A program made the translations under genes and the position numbers. From Porphyridium purpureum (taxonomy: Eukaryota): a DNA stretch of 64,000 bases. Below, piece by piece: positions 1-11,170 of this stretch (positions within the stretch are counted from its first letter, which is position 1; each line of letters opens with the position of its first letter). The notes beneath the pieces are model-generated. The model made no database searches. It was given only the letters and a program-made list of their open reading frames with translations, and was not told where the DNA came from. The DNA lies in contig VRMN01000001.1 in the NCBI GenBank assembly GCA_008690995.1, positions 1,736,001 to 1,800,000 on the forward strand, in the 5' to 3' direction.

Positions 1-2
1 AC

Positions 3-563
3 CAAGAAAAAAGTAAGTCTGCGTCGGACCCAAGACAGCCACGGAGTCTAACCGCAGAGGGCGAAGTGGAAGCCTTTGATTCGGTCGATGAAGATGACGC
101 ATCATCCCATCGCGAGTGGTGCGCCGCCGCAGAGCAACCGCTCGAGCATGCAGTTGATGCATCGCACGAAAGAAAGTCGGTGGCGATTGATGATACCCAT
201 GCGGATGTTATTGAGGGAAAGCATTTTGATCGACTGCCCGCGGACGCTCCTGAAGTCCTGCAGGCCGAAAACAAGCGTTTCAGATGCTTGCTTTGTAACA
301 CTAGGTACAGACGTCTGAACCACGTGAAAGTTCATGTGCGCAGCATGCACTTGCATCATAAAGATGCGATATGCGGAAACTGCGGACGAGGCTTTTCCTG
401 TCGCGGCAACTTAAACCAACATATGCGCCAGGTGCACTGCAACGATCGACCCATTCCATGCGTGCATTGCCAGAAGAGTTTCAAGGTGCCTGCTCGGCTC
501 AAGGCGCACATGCAGCGCGTGCACCCAACAGAATTATCCCAGAAGGAAACATTGTACAGGTAG
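3..563 (+). CDS. C2H2 zinc-finger protein, 5'-truncated by the window edge
   Basis: Three C2H2 fingers (CLLC..HVRSMH, CGNC..HMRQVH, CVHC..HMQRVH). The frame is open from position 3, and the ORF-track start at 66 is GTG. Confidence 0.85.
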   Translation, partial: QEKSKSASDPRQPRSLTAEGEVEAFDSVDEDDASSHREWCAAAEQPLEHAVDASHERKSVAIDDTHADVIEGKHFDRLPADAPEVLQAENKRFRCLLCNTRYRRLNHVKVHVRSMHLHHKDAICGNCGRGFSCRGNLNQHMRQVHCNDRPIPCVHCQKSFKVPARLKAHMQRVHPTELSQKETLYR

Positions 564-672
564 CATTCGAAGAGGGCGAACATCATGGTCCCGTTTTGAT
601 TTTCTTCATCGCCTGCGCTCCAGGCGGCGTAATTTCTTGAGGGCCCTGCTACTTCTTCGACTCAAACGACGT

Positions 673-1503
673 CTACCGAGTCCCGCAGAAGCAGAAAAGT
701 ATACCTGTACCGCAAAATATCAAAAAAATACGCGCTCCAACGTCGTTCGGCGTCAGCAAAGCTTGCTGAGCAATCTCATCGGCAGCTGAGGCAGCAGAGA
801 ACGCCTCATCAAGCCAGCTCCGGTAGGACATGCAAAGGCCACGAGTGGCGGCCGCTGTACGAATGCGATCCAAATACGTTTCGCTCGGTTTCAAATCCAC
901 ATTGGTGCGTCGCCACCACGAGGATACAAAGGCAACCGCCTCCATCTCTAGATCAGAACCATACGGCCGTACAGCAATCGTTTGCAGGATATACCCACCC
1001 TCTTTCTCCGCATGAAGCGCGATTTCTCGCTTCGACACAGGCACAAGGATTCCGTGCGCTTCAGGGTGCAATATTTCGTCTGACGTATTTTGTGAGCTCT
1101 CCAGCGTCTCAATCGATGCGTACCCTCCTTTCACATTGAACTTGAGTGTTCGGCCGATCGCCGTGGCGCGCAATGCTCTCCGACCACCGCCGCGTGTCTC
1201 GTAAATTCCACGACGGCGCCAGACTGATGGAGCGAGAAGGGCACCGTAACCGAACAGAAACTTGTCGCCCTCCTGCCAGCCGCAGCTTTCTTTAACCTCA
1301 TCGAGAGTCGTTGGAACAACCTGCTCCTGCGTCACATCCTCACCTCTCAAACCAGCGAAGCGACAAAGCCTCCGACCAGTCCAAGAAGGATGCCTGGCCC
1401 GTCGTCCCCCTGCGGATGACCGCAGAGGAGTGGGCCGCTGGATTGCAGCCGATCTGTACGCATAGCATGGCCACAGCAGGGGCGGCGTGGCCAGATTCAA
1501 CAT
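673..1503 (-). CDS. Gamma-glutamylcyclotransferase (GGCT/AIG2-like) family protein, probably organelle-targeted
   Basis: LFGYGALL motif, EGGY, PSETYLDRI. Arg/Ser-rich N-terminus and a hydrophobic C-terminal tail. Confidence 0.7.
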   Translation of the reverse strand: MLNLATPPLLWPCYAYRSAAIQRPTPLRSSAGGRRARHPSWTGRRLCRFAGLRGEDVTQEQVVPTTLDEVKESCGWQEGDKFLFGYGALLAPSVWRRRGIYETRGGGRRALRATAIGRTLKFNVKGGYASIETLESSQNTSDEILHPEAHGILVPVSKREIALHAEKEGGYILQTIAVRPYGSDLEMEAVAFVSSWWRRTNVDLKPSETYLDRIRTAAATRGLCMSYRSWLDEAFSAASAADEIAQQALLTPNDVGARIFLIFCGTGILFCFCGTR

Positions 1504-1663
1504 GTGGAACGCAGGCCAGCGACATGGAAGCTTGGCGAGGGTTTCACTTCTAAAAGCGAACGCTTCTACAAAAATGGAGCAAGGCGCACATGGAACAGAT
1601 TCCGATCACTTTCACTCTGTCCAACATCTACTGCCTACCCTCCGACCGCAATCACTGTTTTAC

Positions 1664-4291
1664 TCACTCTTTGAACGCCTTGAGCCAGTCTGCGACAGCC
1701 TGCTGATCGCGACCAACCCAAGCCGCGCGCACGCGAATACCTTCAGTGCACTGCGCGAGCTTCCTCTCCACGCCGGCCGTATCCACGGTCTTAAAGAACT
1801 CCTCGACATCCTTTGCTTTCGACTCGGTCACGAATCCGCTAGTCGCCAATTCCATGAAGCGTGTCAGCATAAAGTTGCCCGAACCGTATTTCTCCAACCA
1901 AACATTCCACTGAGTCTTAAGATATTCCCATGCCATATCAATGCCCAACGGATTTGCCGCCATTCCGCTCATCACGTACATCATATCTTGAGCCTTGACG
2001 TTCGCCGTACCCCAGTCGCGGAACGTCTTCAACTGCTCAAGGTCCTTTGTTTTGGCCATAGCGCGCAGGCAGCGCACACGCTCCTCATTCAGATCAGATG
2101 TATCATGCAACTGGCGAAGCACTTCGTACTCTGGCTTTCCACCATTTTTCACGGCGGCAAAGAAGACCGGAATCCTCAAATCTGCAGGTAGCGACGCATT
2201 ATCTTTTTCGAACTCTGCGAATCTGCGCTGAGCTTCTGCTACGGTTGCCGGATCGTCAAAGCCCTGCATAGCCGTGAGGGCGGCGGAGCGTAGAAGCGAC
2301 CCAACATGGCCGTCCTCGCTCCCCGCCGTCCACCCAACTTTCGCTGTTACTTTGGCGAGCAGTGCGCGCCCCAGCTTGGCCACATTTGCGCGAAGCTCAA
2401 GGTCCGTCGCTCCGAACACGTCCGAGATCTCATGCAGACTTCCGATGACCGTCGAAACGCATGTGTAGTCTGTTTCCTCGTTAAACGCCGTCATCAGATC
2501 AAGTGCTCGCACAGTTGAGATCAAGCCAGCGCGTGACAGCGCCATAGCATCCATCAGGAGGCCCAGGCGGTCTACAACGCCAAGTTCTTTCGATCGAATG
2601 GGTGCCATTAGCTGCTCGTACTGCTCCGCAGTATAGCATACTCGATAGATTCCCGATTGTCCGCTGTTCAGCTTCACCCAAGCCGACTTCCCCGCATGAA
2701 GTGTGGCGGTCTCTCCGTCCATGACGACTCTTTGCTCATCGCCGTCTGGCGTTACGTACGAGAGGGGGACAATCCACTTGGCTTGCTTGTCCTCATCCAG
2801 CACCTCTCCGTTCGACAAAAACCGCAACTGCGAGCAAACGAGCTCGTCGGCACCGCCACCAGACACCCGGATGACCGGATAACCTGTTTGCTTGGTCCAG
2901 GAGCGCATCATCGGTGCGACGGACATGCCGCTCGCCTCCTCGAGGGCCTTCCACAAGTCTTCTGTGACAGTATTCTGGTACTTATGACGATTCAGGTACA
3001 CCACAAGCCCCTGGCGGAACTTTTCGACGCTCAAGTGGTTTGCGAGCATGCGAATCGCCGATGCACCCTTGTAGTACGAAATATGGTCGAAAATTTCGTT
3101 CACCTCTTGTGCTTCTTTCACCGGCACCTCGATCGGATGCGAAGAGCGCAATGCGTCGAGTCGCAGCGCGCCAGAGTATGTGCCGCCCACAAACTGCACC
3201 CACGTCTCCCAGTCTGGGAACATGGTGTCGACAGCGAGATCGGCTGCCCAGGTTGCAAAACCTTCGTTGAGCCACAAATCCACCCACCATTCCATGGTCA
3301 CCAAGTTACCAAACCACTGGTGCGCGAGCTCGTGAGCGACCACCTCTGCCACGCGCGACTTTGCCGCCGCCGAAGAATTCTTGGGGTCGAGCAGCAGCGC
3401 AGTCTCACGGTACGTCACGCAGCCCCAATTCTCCATAGCCCCAGCAGAAAAGTCTGGTACTGCAATCATGTCAAGCTTGGGCAGCGGATACGGGATTTCA
3501 AAAAACTTTGTGAAGAATGACAGCGTTTTCATCCCCACATCGAGCGCAAAATGACCCAAGTGCGAGTTGTTCTTCAGTGTGTACACGCGAATGAGCACGC
3601 CCTCGGCTGTGCGGCCTTCCACAAAATCAAACTCGCCCACAAGAAACGCAAGCAGATACGTGGACATGATGGGCGAGTCCTCGAAAGTAACGATTTTCTT
3701 GTCGCCTTTGTGTGGCTGCGAGTCCTTGACCGGCATATTGGAAATACAGTCCAAATGGCTGGGCGTAATCAACTTGACTGAGAAGACAGCCTTGAGATCA
3801 GGCTCATCGAAGCACGGGAAGGCCCGACGTGCGTCCGTCGGCTCGAATTGCGTGACTGCCATGTATTTCTGAGCGCCCGACGCGGCGTCCTTGTACGCGG
3901 AGCGGTAAAAGCCAGCCATCTTATCGTTCAGACTACCCTTGAAGTGGATTTCAAGCACGCACTTGCCCAGAGCAAGCTCCTTGTCCGTCTGGATCGTGAG
4001 CACCTGCTTCTTCACGTCGTGGTGCATCCCCGTGACGGCGACGCCCGCGTCCGACACGCCATCCGCCGCCTTTAGCACAGCGCTATGAGCTGTCAGCTCG
4101 TGCGCATTCACCTCGATATTCGCCGTCGCGCGGCGCACATCCAGTTCAATGGCCACATGCCCGTCAAACACAAACACGTCATCCGGCTTCTGTCCTTCTG
4201 CCGGCGCGTCCAGGCACGGCTCCAACGTCAGCACATACCTGACGGGCGCCACTGCATCCGCAAGCAGCACACGATCCTTCTTCTCAGCCAT
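1664..4291 (-). CDS. M1 family puromycin-sensitive aminopeptidase
   Basis: TQFEPTDARRAFPCFDEP, GAMENWG, HELAH..x18..E zinc motif, ERAP1-like C-terminal region. First ATG (MAEKK) at 4291. Confidence 0.97.
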   Translation of the reverse strand: MAEKKDRVLLADAVAPVRYVLTLEPCLDAPAEGQKPDDVFVFDGHVAIELDVRRATANIEVNAHELTAHSAVLKAADGVSDAGVAVTGMHHDVKKQVLTIQTDKELALGKCVLEIHFKGSLNDKMAGFYRSAYKDAASGAQKYMAVTQFEPTDARRAFPCFDEPDLKAVFSVKLITPSHLDCISNMPVKDSQPHKGDKKIVTFEDSPIMSTYLLAFLVGEFDFVEGRTAEGVLIRVYTLKNNSHLGHFALDVGMKTLSFFTKFFEIPYPLPKLDMIAVPDFSAGAMENWGCVTYRETALLLDPKNSSAAAKSRVAEVVAHELAHQWFGNLVTMEWWVDLWLNEGFATWAADLAVDTMFPDWETWVQFVGGTYSGALRLDALRSSHPIEVPVKEAQEVNEIFDHISYYKGASAIRMLANHLSVEKFRQGLVVYLNRHKYQNTVTEDLWKALEEASGMSVAPMMRSWTKQTGYPVIRVSGGGADELVCSQLRFLSNGEVLDEDKQAKWIVPLSYVTPDGDEQRVVMDGETATLHAGKSAWVKLNSGQSGIYRVCYTAEQYEQLMAPIRSKELGVVDRLGLLMDAMALSRAGLISTVRALDLMTAFNEETDYTCVSTVIGSLHEISDVFGATDLELRANVAKLGRALLAKVTAKVGWTAGSEDGHVGSLLRSAALTAMQGFDDPATVAEAQRRFAEFEKDNASLPADLRIPVFFAAVKNGGKPEYEVLRQLHDTSDLNEERVRCLRAMAKTKDLEQLKTFRDWGTANVKAQDMMYVMSGMAANPLGIDMAWEYLKTQWNVWLEKYGSGNFMLTRFMELATSGFVTESKAKDVEEFFKTVDTAGVERKLAQCTEGIRVRAAWVGRDQQAVADWLKAFKE

Positions 4292-5379
4292 CCTACTCAC
4301 CCCCCTACTCACCCAGTTCCTGTTTCACTACCCACCTCCCACCACCACTCCTCCCCTTCCCTCTCACACAAGCTGATCGCTCGCACCACGCTCTGCCAGC
4401 GCACCCTCTCCCCGATTCGTCGCGATGTCGGTTTTTTCGGCATGATTAAATTCTCCATTTTTTAACGTTTTGACGTTCCAGCATGACGCGGAGGTACAGT
4501 ACGTACCGTGAGCTTCTGGGGAACGGAGGCGGCGTGAATTGGAAAGTGCGGAACAGCGTCAGCGGTAGGATAGCAATCGTTTGCTGCCGAGGAGTACCAT
4601 CCCGACTTCACTCGGAGCAAGTGGTTGATGTGGTGACCACTGGTTCATCATTGTCCAGCAACGTGCCGCAGTTTATGGGAAGCATTCCATGATTCATATT
4701 CTCTCCGGAAGAACAGATTTCTCAAAGCTTGAATATCTTCACAAACAAAAAATCTACTCTGCTTTCTCCGTGCGCATTTGCCTGTCTACCCCGTTACAAC
4801 AGGCACGTGGATGCCACTGCGGGAGGAATTCTTCTTGACGCAATCAAGTCGGAGACGCCGCCCGTAAGCGTGCGCGTGTCAACTCTTTTTTCGATTGAGG
4901 CTGTCCCCCGCAAACGCAGAAAAGCACATTGCGTTTCGCGTGTGCTGGTTCGCCAATTGTCGCTCATTTCGACAGATTTTCGCGTTCGCGAGCGAGCAGT
5001 GTCAGTGCCGGAGACGCAAAAGCGAGCAAGACCTGATGTGTGCGCACGATCCGTTTTTGGAGCGTTCTCTTCGCGATTCCAAGAGTCTTCCTGCCAAAAC
5101 GGGCAGGCTTGTCGGCAGAAGAAAGGCGGCGGGAATACACAACAGCAGACTGTGTATACGCTTCTGGTCAACACAAACAGCGCGCCGAACACAAATGCTC
5201 AGCCAGCCGCGGAAGCTGCGCTGCTTGTCCGTACAAAAGGTCCGAGTTGGCGTGTACAGTTGATGTACACCGTTGCATTAATTAATGTGGACGGACGAAG
5301 CGAGTCGCAGACGAGAAGCGACAAGGGTCGGCAGAGAGCGTGAACGAGAGCGAGCGAGAAAGAAAGAGAGCGAGAGGAG

Positions 5380-6597
5380 ATGGAGGGCGAGTCGCTGCGG
5401 CGTGCGCGGCTGGATGGAGAAGTGCGTGCAGATAACCCGTATTCGCGCCTCATGGCGCTGAAGCGGATGGGAGTGGTGGCGGATTATGAGCGCATCCGCG
5501 AGATCTGCGTGTGTATTGTGGGCGTCGGCGGCGTCGGCAGCGTCGCGGCAGAGATGCTCACGCGCTGTGGTGTGGGCAAGCTCATTCTGTTCGATTATGA
5601 CAAGGTTGAGCTCGCAAACATGAATCGCCTGTTTTTCCGCCCCGAGCAGAGTGGCCTGTCGAAAGTGGACGCCGCCGTGCAGACGCTCAAGAATATCAAC
5701 CCAGATGTCCAGTTCGAGGCTTACAATTATGATGTTACTCTCATGGCAAATTTTGAGCATTTCATAGGCCGCATCGAGCATGGCGGATTGAAGTCAGACG
5801 CGCCTAGCAACGACGAGTCGGCCGAATCAAATTCCCGTGTGGATCTGGTGCTCAGTTGCGTCGATAACTTCGCGGCAAGGAACGCGATCAATGCTGCGTG
5901 TAACGAACTGGGTCAAATATGGATGGAGAGCGGTGTATCGGAAGACGCTGTGTCAGGGCACATCCAGTTGATGATTCCCGGGAAGCTGGCGTGCTTTGCG
6001 TGTGCGCCCCCGCTCGTAGTTGCGTCTGAAATCGACGAAAAAACCCTCAAGCGGGAGGGTGTGTGTGCCGCGTCGCTGCCCACAACCATGGGTATCGTAG
6101 CAGGCATGCTGGTGCAAAACACACTCAAACTTCTGCTCCAGTTTGGGCACGTATCAGACTACCTGGGCTACAGTGCAATGACCGACTTTTTCCCCACGAT
6201 GACGCTGCGGCCTAACCCGCAATGTAGCGATCGGCATTGCGTCAAGCAGCAAGCAGCGTACAAGGCCACTGAGCACGAGCGACAGGCTGCCGCGGCACTG
6301 CGGGACCGGCTCGCAGCCGAGGCAAAGCTTGCCGAAGAACAACAGCCGCTGCATGAGGAAAACGAGTGGGGTATATGCGTGGAGGACAGCTCAGAGTCAC
6401 ACGGCGCTGCGGCGCCATCCAATGCCCAAACCAGTACGCAGCAGTCTGCTAATCTCGTCGCTCCTGGCTTACGCTTTGCCTATGACGCTCCGCCTCCTGA
6501 TGCAGATGCGCACACAACTGCGTCTGCTCCATCCGCAGCCAAAGCATCAGATGCAGATGAGCTCTCGGACCTCATGGCCCAACTCAAGGGTCTCTAG
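5380..6597 (+). CDS. UBA5: UFM1-activating enzyme E1
   Basis: [70 protein letters not shown]-terminal [11 protein letters not shown]. Confidence 0.97.
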   Translation: MEGESLRRARLDGEVRADNPYSRLMALKRMGVVADYERIREICVCIVGVGGVGSVAAEMLTRCGVGKLILFDYDKVELANMNRLFFRPEQSGLSKVDAAVQTLKNINPDVQFEAYNYDVTLMANFEHFIGRIEHGGLKSDAPSNDESAESNSRVDLVLSCVDNFAARNAINAACNELGQIWMESGVSEDAVSGHIQLMIPGKLACFACAPPLVVASEIDEKTLKREGVCAASLPTTMGIVAGMLVQNTLKLLLQFGHVSDYLGYSAMTDFFPTMTLRPNPQCSDRHCVKQQAAYKATEHERQAAAALRDRLAAEAKLAEEQQPLHEENEWGICVEDSSESHGAAAPSNAQTSTQQSANLVAPGLRFAYDAPPPDADAHTTASAPSAAKASDADELSDLMAQLKGL

Positions 6598-6787
6598 TCA
6601 CACCCACCCTGCCAAACAAATAATTAAAAAGCACGTCAAGAAAAATTCCAGCATAGAAATCCGCGCTGTTTTAGTAGGAAGCAGTACTTCGTGGCGCGAA
6701 AACCGCACAAGCGGAACTGCCTCGCCAGGTTTATGGTTGGGTTTCCTCAAGCAAGGCTTGGTGTCTCCGGGTCCTTTGCATGGAACC

Positions 6788-8908
6788 ATGCCCAACCCGC
6801 GCACGCTTCGGACGGCGCAAAGCCAGCTTTTGCTGGAGAAAGCGTCTCCGTCGTCGTCGTTGCGGCTTCCGCGCAAATCGCTCCGCAAATCGCCACGGCT
6901 GAAGCAAACGCGGGCGGTGGCCAGCGCATGCGAGGACGACGATGCGGAGCAACAATGTGATGAGCACAGCATGACTTCATCTGCGTCATCGTCATCATCA
7001 CTGCTCGTGCGAAGACGTCCGTGGCCAGCCGAGGCCAAGACTCAAGTCGTAGAATCAGAGCGGCGCGCGAGCGCACGCCGGAAATTGGACAGAAACGGCA
7101 GCAAGCGCTACAAGAATGAGACGCCCAGTCCTGGGCGCGACTGCGAACATGACGTGGTTGAAGAATGTGATTCAGATCTTGAACTTACTCACATAGGCGC
7201 GAAGATGTCATGTGTCACCGTGCCAATGCCAATGCCGCCTCAACAACGCATGGAGCAGCAGCAAGATTGCACACGAGAACCAGGCAATGTGACAGATGTT
7301 CCGCCTCGAATACTTCGTGACTGGCGTGAGAAGCATGAGCCGCGACGGCTCCAGGATTTGGTGATTAACAAGAGAAAGGTGGGTGAGATACAGGACTGGT
7401 TGGGTGCGGTGAACCAACGGAGTTTGAATCCGAGCGAGACTGGCCGCGCACAAGTTCCGCGCGTGCTTGTGTTGCATGGGCCCACAGGATGCGGGAAGAC
7501 AACAACTCTCAGTGTCCTTGCGCAGGAGATGGAGCTTGATTTTATACATTGGGAGTTTCCCGTGGGTGCTCCGTCGCGGGATTTGGCGGTATTGATTGAC
7601 GACTTTCTGCACGAAGTACAGTTTTCGAATATGGCATTTGCGACGGGGCCGACGATAAAGCGGCCTCCAGGCCAGCGGCTTGTTGTCTTTGATTCGCCAC
7701 CCTGGTTTCGTAGCATCGAGCAACGAGATCGCGTTTTTGCACTGCTGCATGAAATGTCGTTTGCATCTGTGGTTCCTATCGTAGTGGTCTTGACAGATCT
7801 CGTCGGAGCGAGTGCAGATACTCGCGAAATGATCACTCTATCATGGGCGAGCTTAAAAAACGCGTCTTTTGTGACTGCCGTGAAATTGAACGCCGTGCCA
7901 CCGACGTCAATGAAGAAGGCGCTGCGGCAGGCGCTCCACAAGGAGAAACTTTTAGCTTCAGAGGCAGAAGTGGCGGCGGCGTGCGCGTTCGCAGCTGGTG
8001 ACTTGCGTGCACTGATGCTTGCGCTCGAATTTCAGAGCGTCAACCCGACCGGGACCCTTCCTGGGCCTGCTTCTGCGGCCTTACCATGTGCAACTCTTCC
8101 ACTAACCAATGCGTCTCTGAATCAGCGGCCCAGAAAGCGCAGAAAAATGACTTCGGACGCGGGAACCGGCGATAGCAAGGCCATGGCGGTCACTCAGTTT
8201 GACGCAAGCAGTATTGATTCGCCGATTGGCTTATTTCATTTGCTTGGCAAGATTCTGCGCAACAAACGAACAGAAAGCGGGTTGCGCAAGAGTAGCGCCA
8301 ACTTTATCATGGATCATCTCGGTATTGATGAGGAACGCTTCATTATGCTCCTGCACGCCAACTACGTGGACCATGTTGGCGATTGCTCGGCGCTTGCTGA
8401 CCTCGCCGAGCAGTTGAGCTTCGTGAGCCTCGGGTGCGCTTGGAACGACGACCAGCATGCTTACGCCGCGGTCCGTGAAACGTCGGCGCTGGTAGCGTGC
8501 GAGGCATTACTAACCATGAACGCGGAGCCCGCCCCGGTCGTGTTCCGCGCTCTGCACGGCTCCGAGTCTGGCATTGTGCGGCGGCAGGGCGCCGAGACGG
8601 AGCTGCTCGGCGCATCCTGGCTACGCGAGCTCACCGCGAGCTTTCCGGAACTGCGCACCAGCGCCGTGCTGACTGACTACACATCGTACCGCTCACTCGT
8701 CGGCTCCCAATCTGACGCGCACGCGCGTTCGATGCCGAGCGAGCTCGATGCATCGCGCGTTGCCAAGTCCATCCGCGGACTCTCGCTCACGCCGCATTTC
8801 CACCCTGGCAATCTCGAGCGCGGCGGCGTTGGAAGCAGCGCGCTTCTAGCTGAGGCTGTGCAGGAACGCTCTGACGACCTCATTGAAGAATGGAGCGATG
8901 CGGCGTAA
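6788..8908 (+). CDS. RAD17: Checkpoint clamp loader RAD17-like AAA+ protein
   Basis: WREKHEP..LQDLVINKRKV..IQDWL, Walker A GPTGCGKTT, GDLR, LFHLLGKILRNKR, LHANY. Start placed at ATG 6788, after the UBA5 stop. Confidence 0.88.
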   Translation: MPNPRTLRTAQSQLLLEKASPSSSLRLPRKSLRKSPRLKQTRAVASACEDDDAEQQCDEHSMTSSASSSSSLLVRRRPWPAEAKTQVVESERRASARRKLDRNGSKRYKNETPSPGRDCEHDVVEECDSDLELTHIGAKMSCVTVPMPMPPQQRMEQQQDCTREPGNVTDVPPRILRDWREKHEPRRLQDLVINKRKVGEIQDWLGAVNQRSLNPSETGRAQVPRVLVLHGPTGCGKTTTLSVLAQEMELDFIHWEFPVGAPSRDLAVLIDDFLHEVQFSNMAFATGPTIKRPPGQRLVVFDSPPWFRSIEQRDRVFALLHEMSFASVVPIVVVLTDLVGASADTREMITLSWASLKNASFVTAVKLNAVPPTSMKKALRQALHKEKLLASEAEVAAACAFAAGDLRALMLALEFQSVNPTGTLPGPASAALPCATLPLTNASLNQRPRKRRKMTSDAGTGDSKAMAVTQFDASSIDSPIGLFHLLGKILRNKRTESGLRKSSANFIMDHLGIDEERFIMLLHANYVDHVGDCSALADLAEQLSFVSLGCAWNDDQHAYAAVRETSALVACEALLTMNAEPAPVVFRALHGSESGIVRRQGAETELLGASWLRELTASFPELRTSAVLTDYTSYRSLVGSQSDAHARSMPSELDASRVAKSIRGLSLTPHFHPGNLERGGVGSSALLAEAVQERSDDLIEEWSDAA

Positions 8909-9154
8909 TCCGCGTGGTACCTCCTCGGATGCAACCGTTTACACCGTGCGCGATACTCTCGTCCGAATTGAGGACTGTACCTCTTGCATTTTTAAAGTTT
9001 AAAGAATGCACGGCACTAGTTAAATAAAGAGTTAAAGCTAAATTTAAAAAACAGGAGGCGAACGCGAAAAAGCCAAAAAGGCGCGCGGAAGATTGGGGGA
9101 AGAGTCGAGAGTCTGGGTTGTGTGTCGGGCGATGGGTGGGTGTGGATGTGAGGG

Positions 9155-11083
9155 ATGGGAGTGACGGGATTGCTCAAGGCCGTGCACGATGGAGCGCGCA
9201 GCGCGCATATGTCAGAGTTTGCTGGAATGACGGTGGGCATCGATGGGTATGGGTGGATGTACAAGGGCGCGTTCGGCCAGGCGCGCGCCATGTATGTGGA
9301 CGGGCGCATGGACGCGTTCGTTCGGTATTTCATGGAGCGCATCGAGATGCTGAGGTTCTTCAAGTGCGTCCCGCTGGTGGTGTTTGATGGCGATGACCTC
9401 CCGCTCAAGGCAGCCGAGAACGCCCAGCGCGGCCAGCGGCGCGCAGAGAATCGCGCGTTGGCCGCGCAATGCCTCGCGGCAGGTGACGTGCACGGTGCGG
9501 AGAAGTACTTCCAGCGCTCAATTGATGTGACTCCCGAGATGGTGCAGATCCTTATTCTCGTTTTGAAGCAGCAGAATGTTCAATTCGTTGTCGCGCCGTA
9601 CGAGGCCGACGCACAGCTTGCCTATCTGGCCCGAAGTAACAAGATCCAGCTCGCCATTACAGAAGACTCCGATCTGCTGGTCTATGGAGCACCAATGGTT
9701 TTGACAAAGCTGGAGCGCAACGGCCAAGGTACGCTCATCGAGACGTATAAGCTGCAGGCACGGTGCAAAACCATCCGCTTGGACAGCCTGAACCTCGACC
9801 AATTTGTATATATATGCGTCATGGCCGGGTGCGACTTTTTCTCAGGTATTCCCGGATTGGGCGTGACCAAAGCGGCGGCGTTCGTCAGAAAGTATCAACG
9901 TATAGAGCGCATTCTGCATGTGCTGCGAACCTGCGGAAGCTACAAGCTCCCGCCGGACTTTGAGCTCGCGTTTCGACGAGCATGCATGATTTTCCGGCAC
10001 CAGCGCGTCTTTGATGCCGCTGCGGGGCAAACCGTATTGCTTGCTCCGATAGAGCAATCTCTGGGACAACTGCTCATGGAGTCGGAGTTGGAGCAAGGTC
10101 TTGACTTTCTCGGCCCGCACATTGACGCGTCCGTCGCGCAGGCCATTGCGCGAGGAGAGCTGAACCCATTGACGCGGCAGCCCTGGACGCCCCTCACTGT
10201 GAACATTAGCAAGAATCCTGCCGAAAGCACCACCGTGAAAGAAATACCGAGACCTTCTGCATCGACGCCACAGATTTACTCCGCGTTCAAGCGCGTCAAG
10301 CGCCAAGCTGAACGAGGCAACATGACTGTGGCTTTGCCAGGCTCTCAAAGTATAATTTCACCCATGACGCCGGTGCCTGAGCAGCTGTCGCAGCAAGTCC
10401 GCGGAAGTAACGAAACCGGGATAAAATCGGGAGCTGTGCGAGTGCAACAGAGTCGCTCCCCGACCCGTCTAGAAACATTTTTGGCGAGGCGTCCACGAAC
10501 GTCTACTTCAGGATTGCGCAAAAGCTTGGCGCCTTCGCGAAAAGGTATGGGCAGTCGTCCTTCTGAAGCAGTGGTTGTAGGCGCTGGGGCGGCCAGCCCT
10601 CAAGTGACAGTCATTTTGAGCGATGATGATTTTGATGATGACGAAGGCGAGGCCGATGGCCGCGGCGCTAAAGCTACATCAGGCACGAGGAGAAAAGTAT
10701 TGTCCGCTGAAAGAGACTGCGGGGAATCGCCCTGTGATATTACCGACTTTCCGCATTGCGAGCGACGCGGGGCTGATGAGTCATCGACGGGTGACCGCAA
10801 GCGCGCGCGAGTGAGCATGGCTTGCGCGCCCGTCGCCGGCGATGTGAACGGTGCGGTGAGCTTAAACCATCTAGGTACTTTCGAGTGCTCGAGAGGCCGC
10901 TTGACCTCTGGAAGTATTCAGCCGCGTCATGGCTCCCCGTTGGCAACCCCGGTGACTGTTATAATTGCGGAAACTCCAAGCGACGATGAAAAGGCGAGAA
11001 AACGCTCGCTTGATGGACCTGCACTAGCATCCGCGCAGAAGCGTTTTCTGCGTACTTTTGAAGCGATTCAGAATGGATGGTAA
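9155..11083 (+). CDS. EXO1: Exonuclease 1 (XPG/FEN1 family)
   Basis: MGVTGLL, GIDGYGWMYKG, VFDGDDLPLK, VAPYEADAQLAYL, TEDSDLL, GCDF..IPGLG, FRHQRVFD; disordered C-terminus. Confidence 0.95.
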   Translation: MGVTGLLKAVHDGARSAHMSEFAGMTVGIDGYGWMYKGAFGQARAMYVDGRMDAFVRYFMERIEMLRFFKCVPLVVFDGDDLPLKAAENAQRGQRRAENRALAAQCLAAGDVHGAEKYFQRSIDVTPEMVQILILVLKQQNVQFVVAPYEADAQLAYLARSNKIQLAITEDSDLLVYGAPMVLTKLERNGQGTLIETYKLQARCKTIRLDSLNLDQFVYICVMAGCDFFSGIPGLGVTKAAAFVRKYQRIERILHVLRTCGSYKLPPDFELAFRRACMIFRHQRVFDAAAGQTVLLAPIEQSLGQLLMESELEQGLDFLGPHIDASVAQAIARGELNPLTRQPWTPLTVNISKNPAESTTVKEIPRPSASTPQIYSAFKRVKRQAERGNMTVALPGSQSIISPMTPVPEQLSQQVRGSNETGIKSGAVRVQQSRSPTRLETFLARRPRTSTSGLRKSLAPSRKGMGSRPSEAVVVGAGAASPQVTVILSDDDFDDDEGEADGRGAKATSGTRRKVLSAERDCGESPCDITDFPHCERRGADESSTGDRKRARVSMACAPVAGDVNGAVSLNHLGTFECSRGRLTSGSIQPRHGSPLATPVTVIIAETPSDDEKARKRSLDGPALASAQKRFLRTFEAIQNGW

Positions 11084-11170
11084 ATTGGATCCGCGTTCGA
11101 TGTGCCTCGGGGTCTTGTTCCATATCTATTGCGCGCTGGTAAAAACTATTCCTTCTCCCCCCCTCAGAGA

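Noticed and set aside
4729..5343. 204-aa ORF between the aminopeptidase and UBA5
   Set aside because: Non-ATG start and no domain features; probably divergent promoter/UTR sequence.
6329..6787. Apparent UBA5/RAD17 overlap from the 859-aa ORF
   Set aside because: The upstream part is an alternate frame of UBA5 plus AT-rich intergenic DNA; ATG 6788 is the more plausible start.
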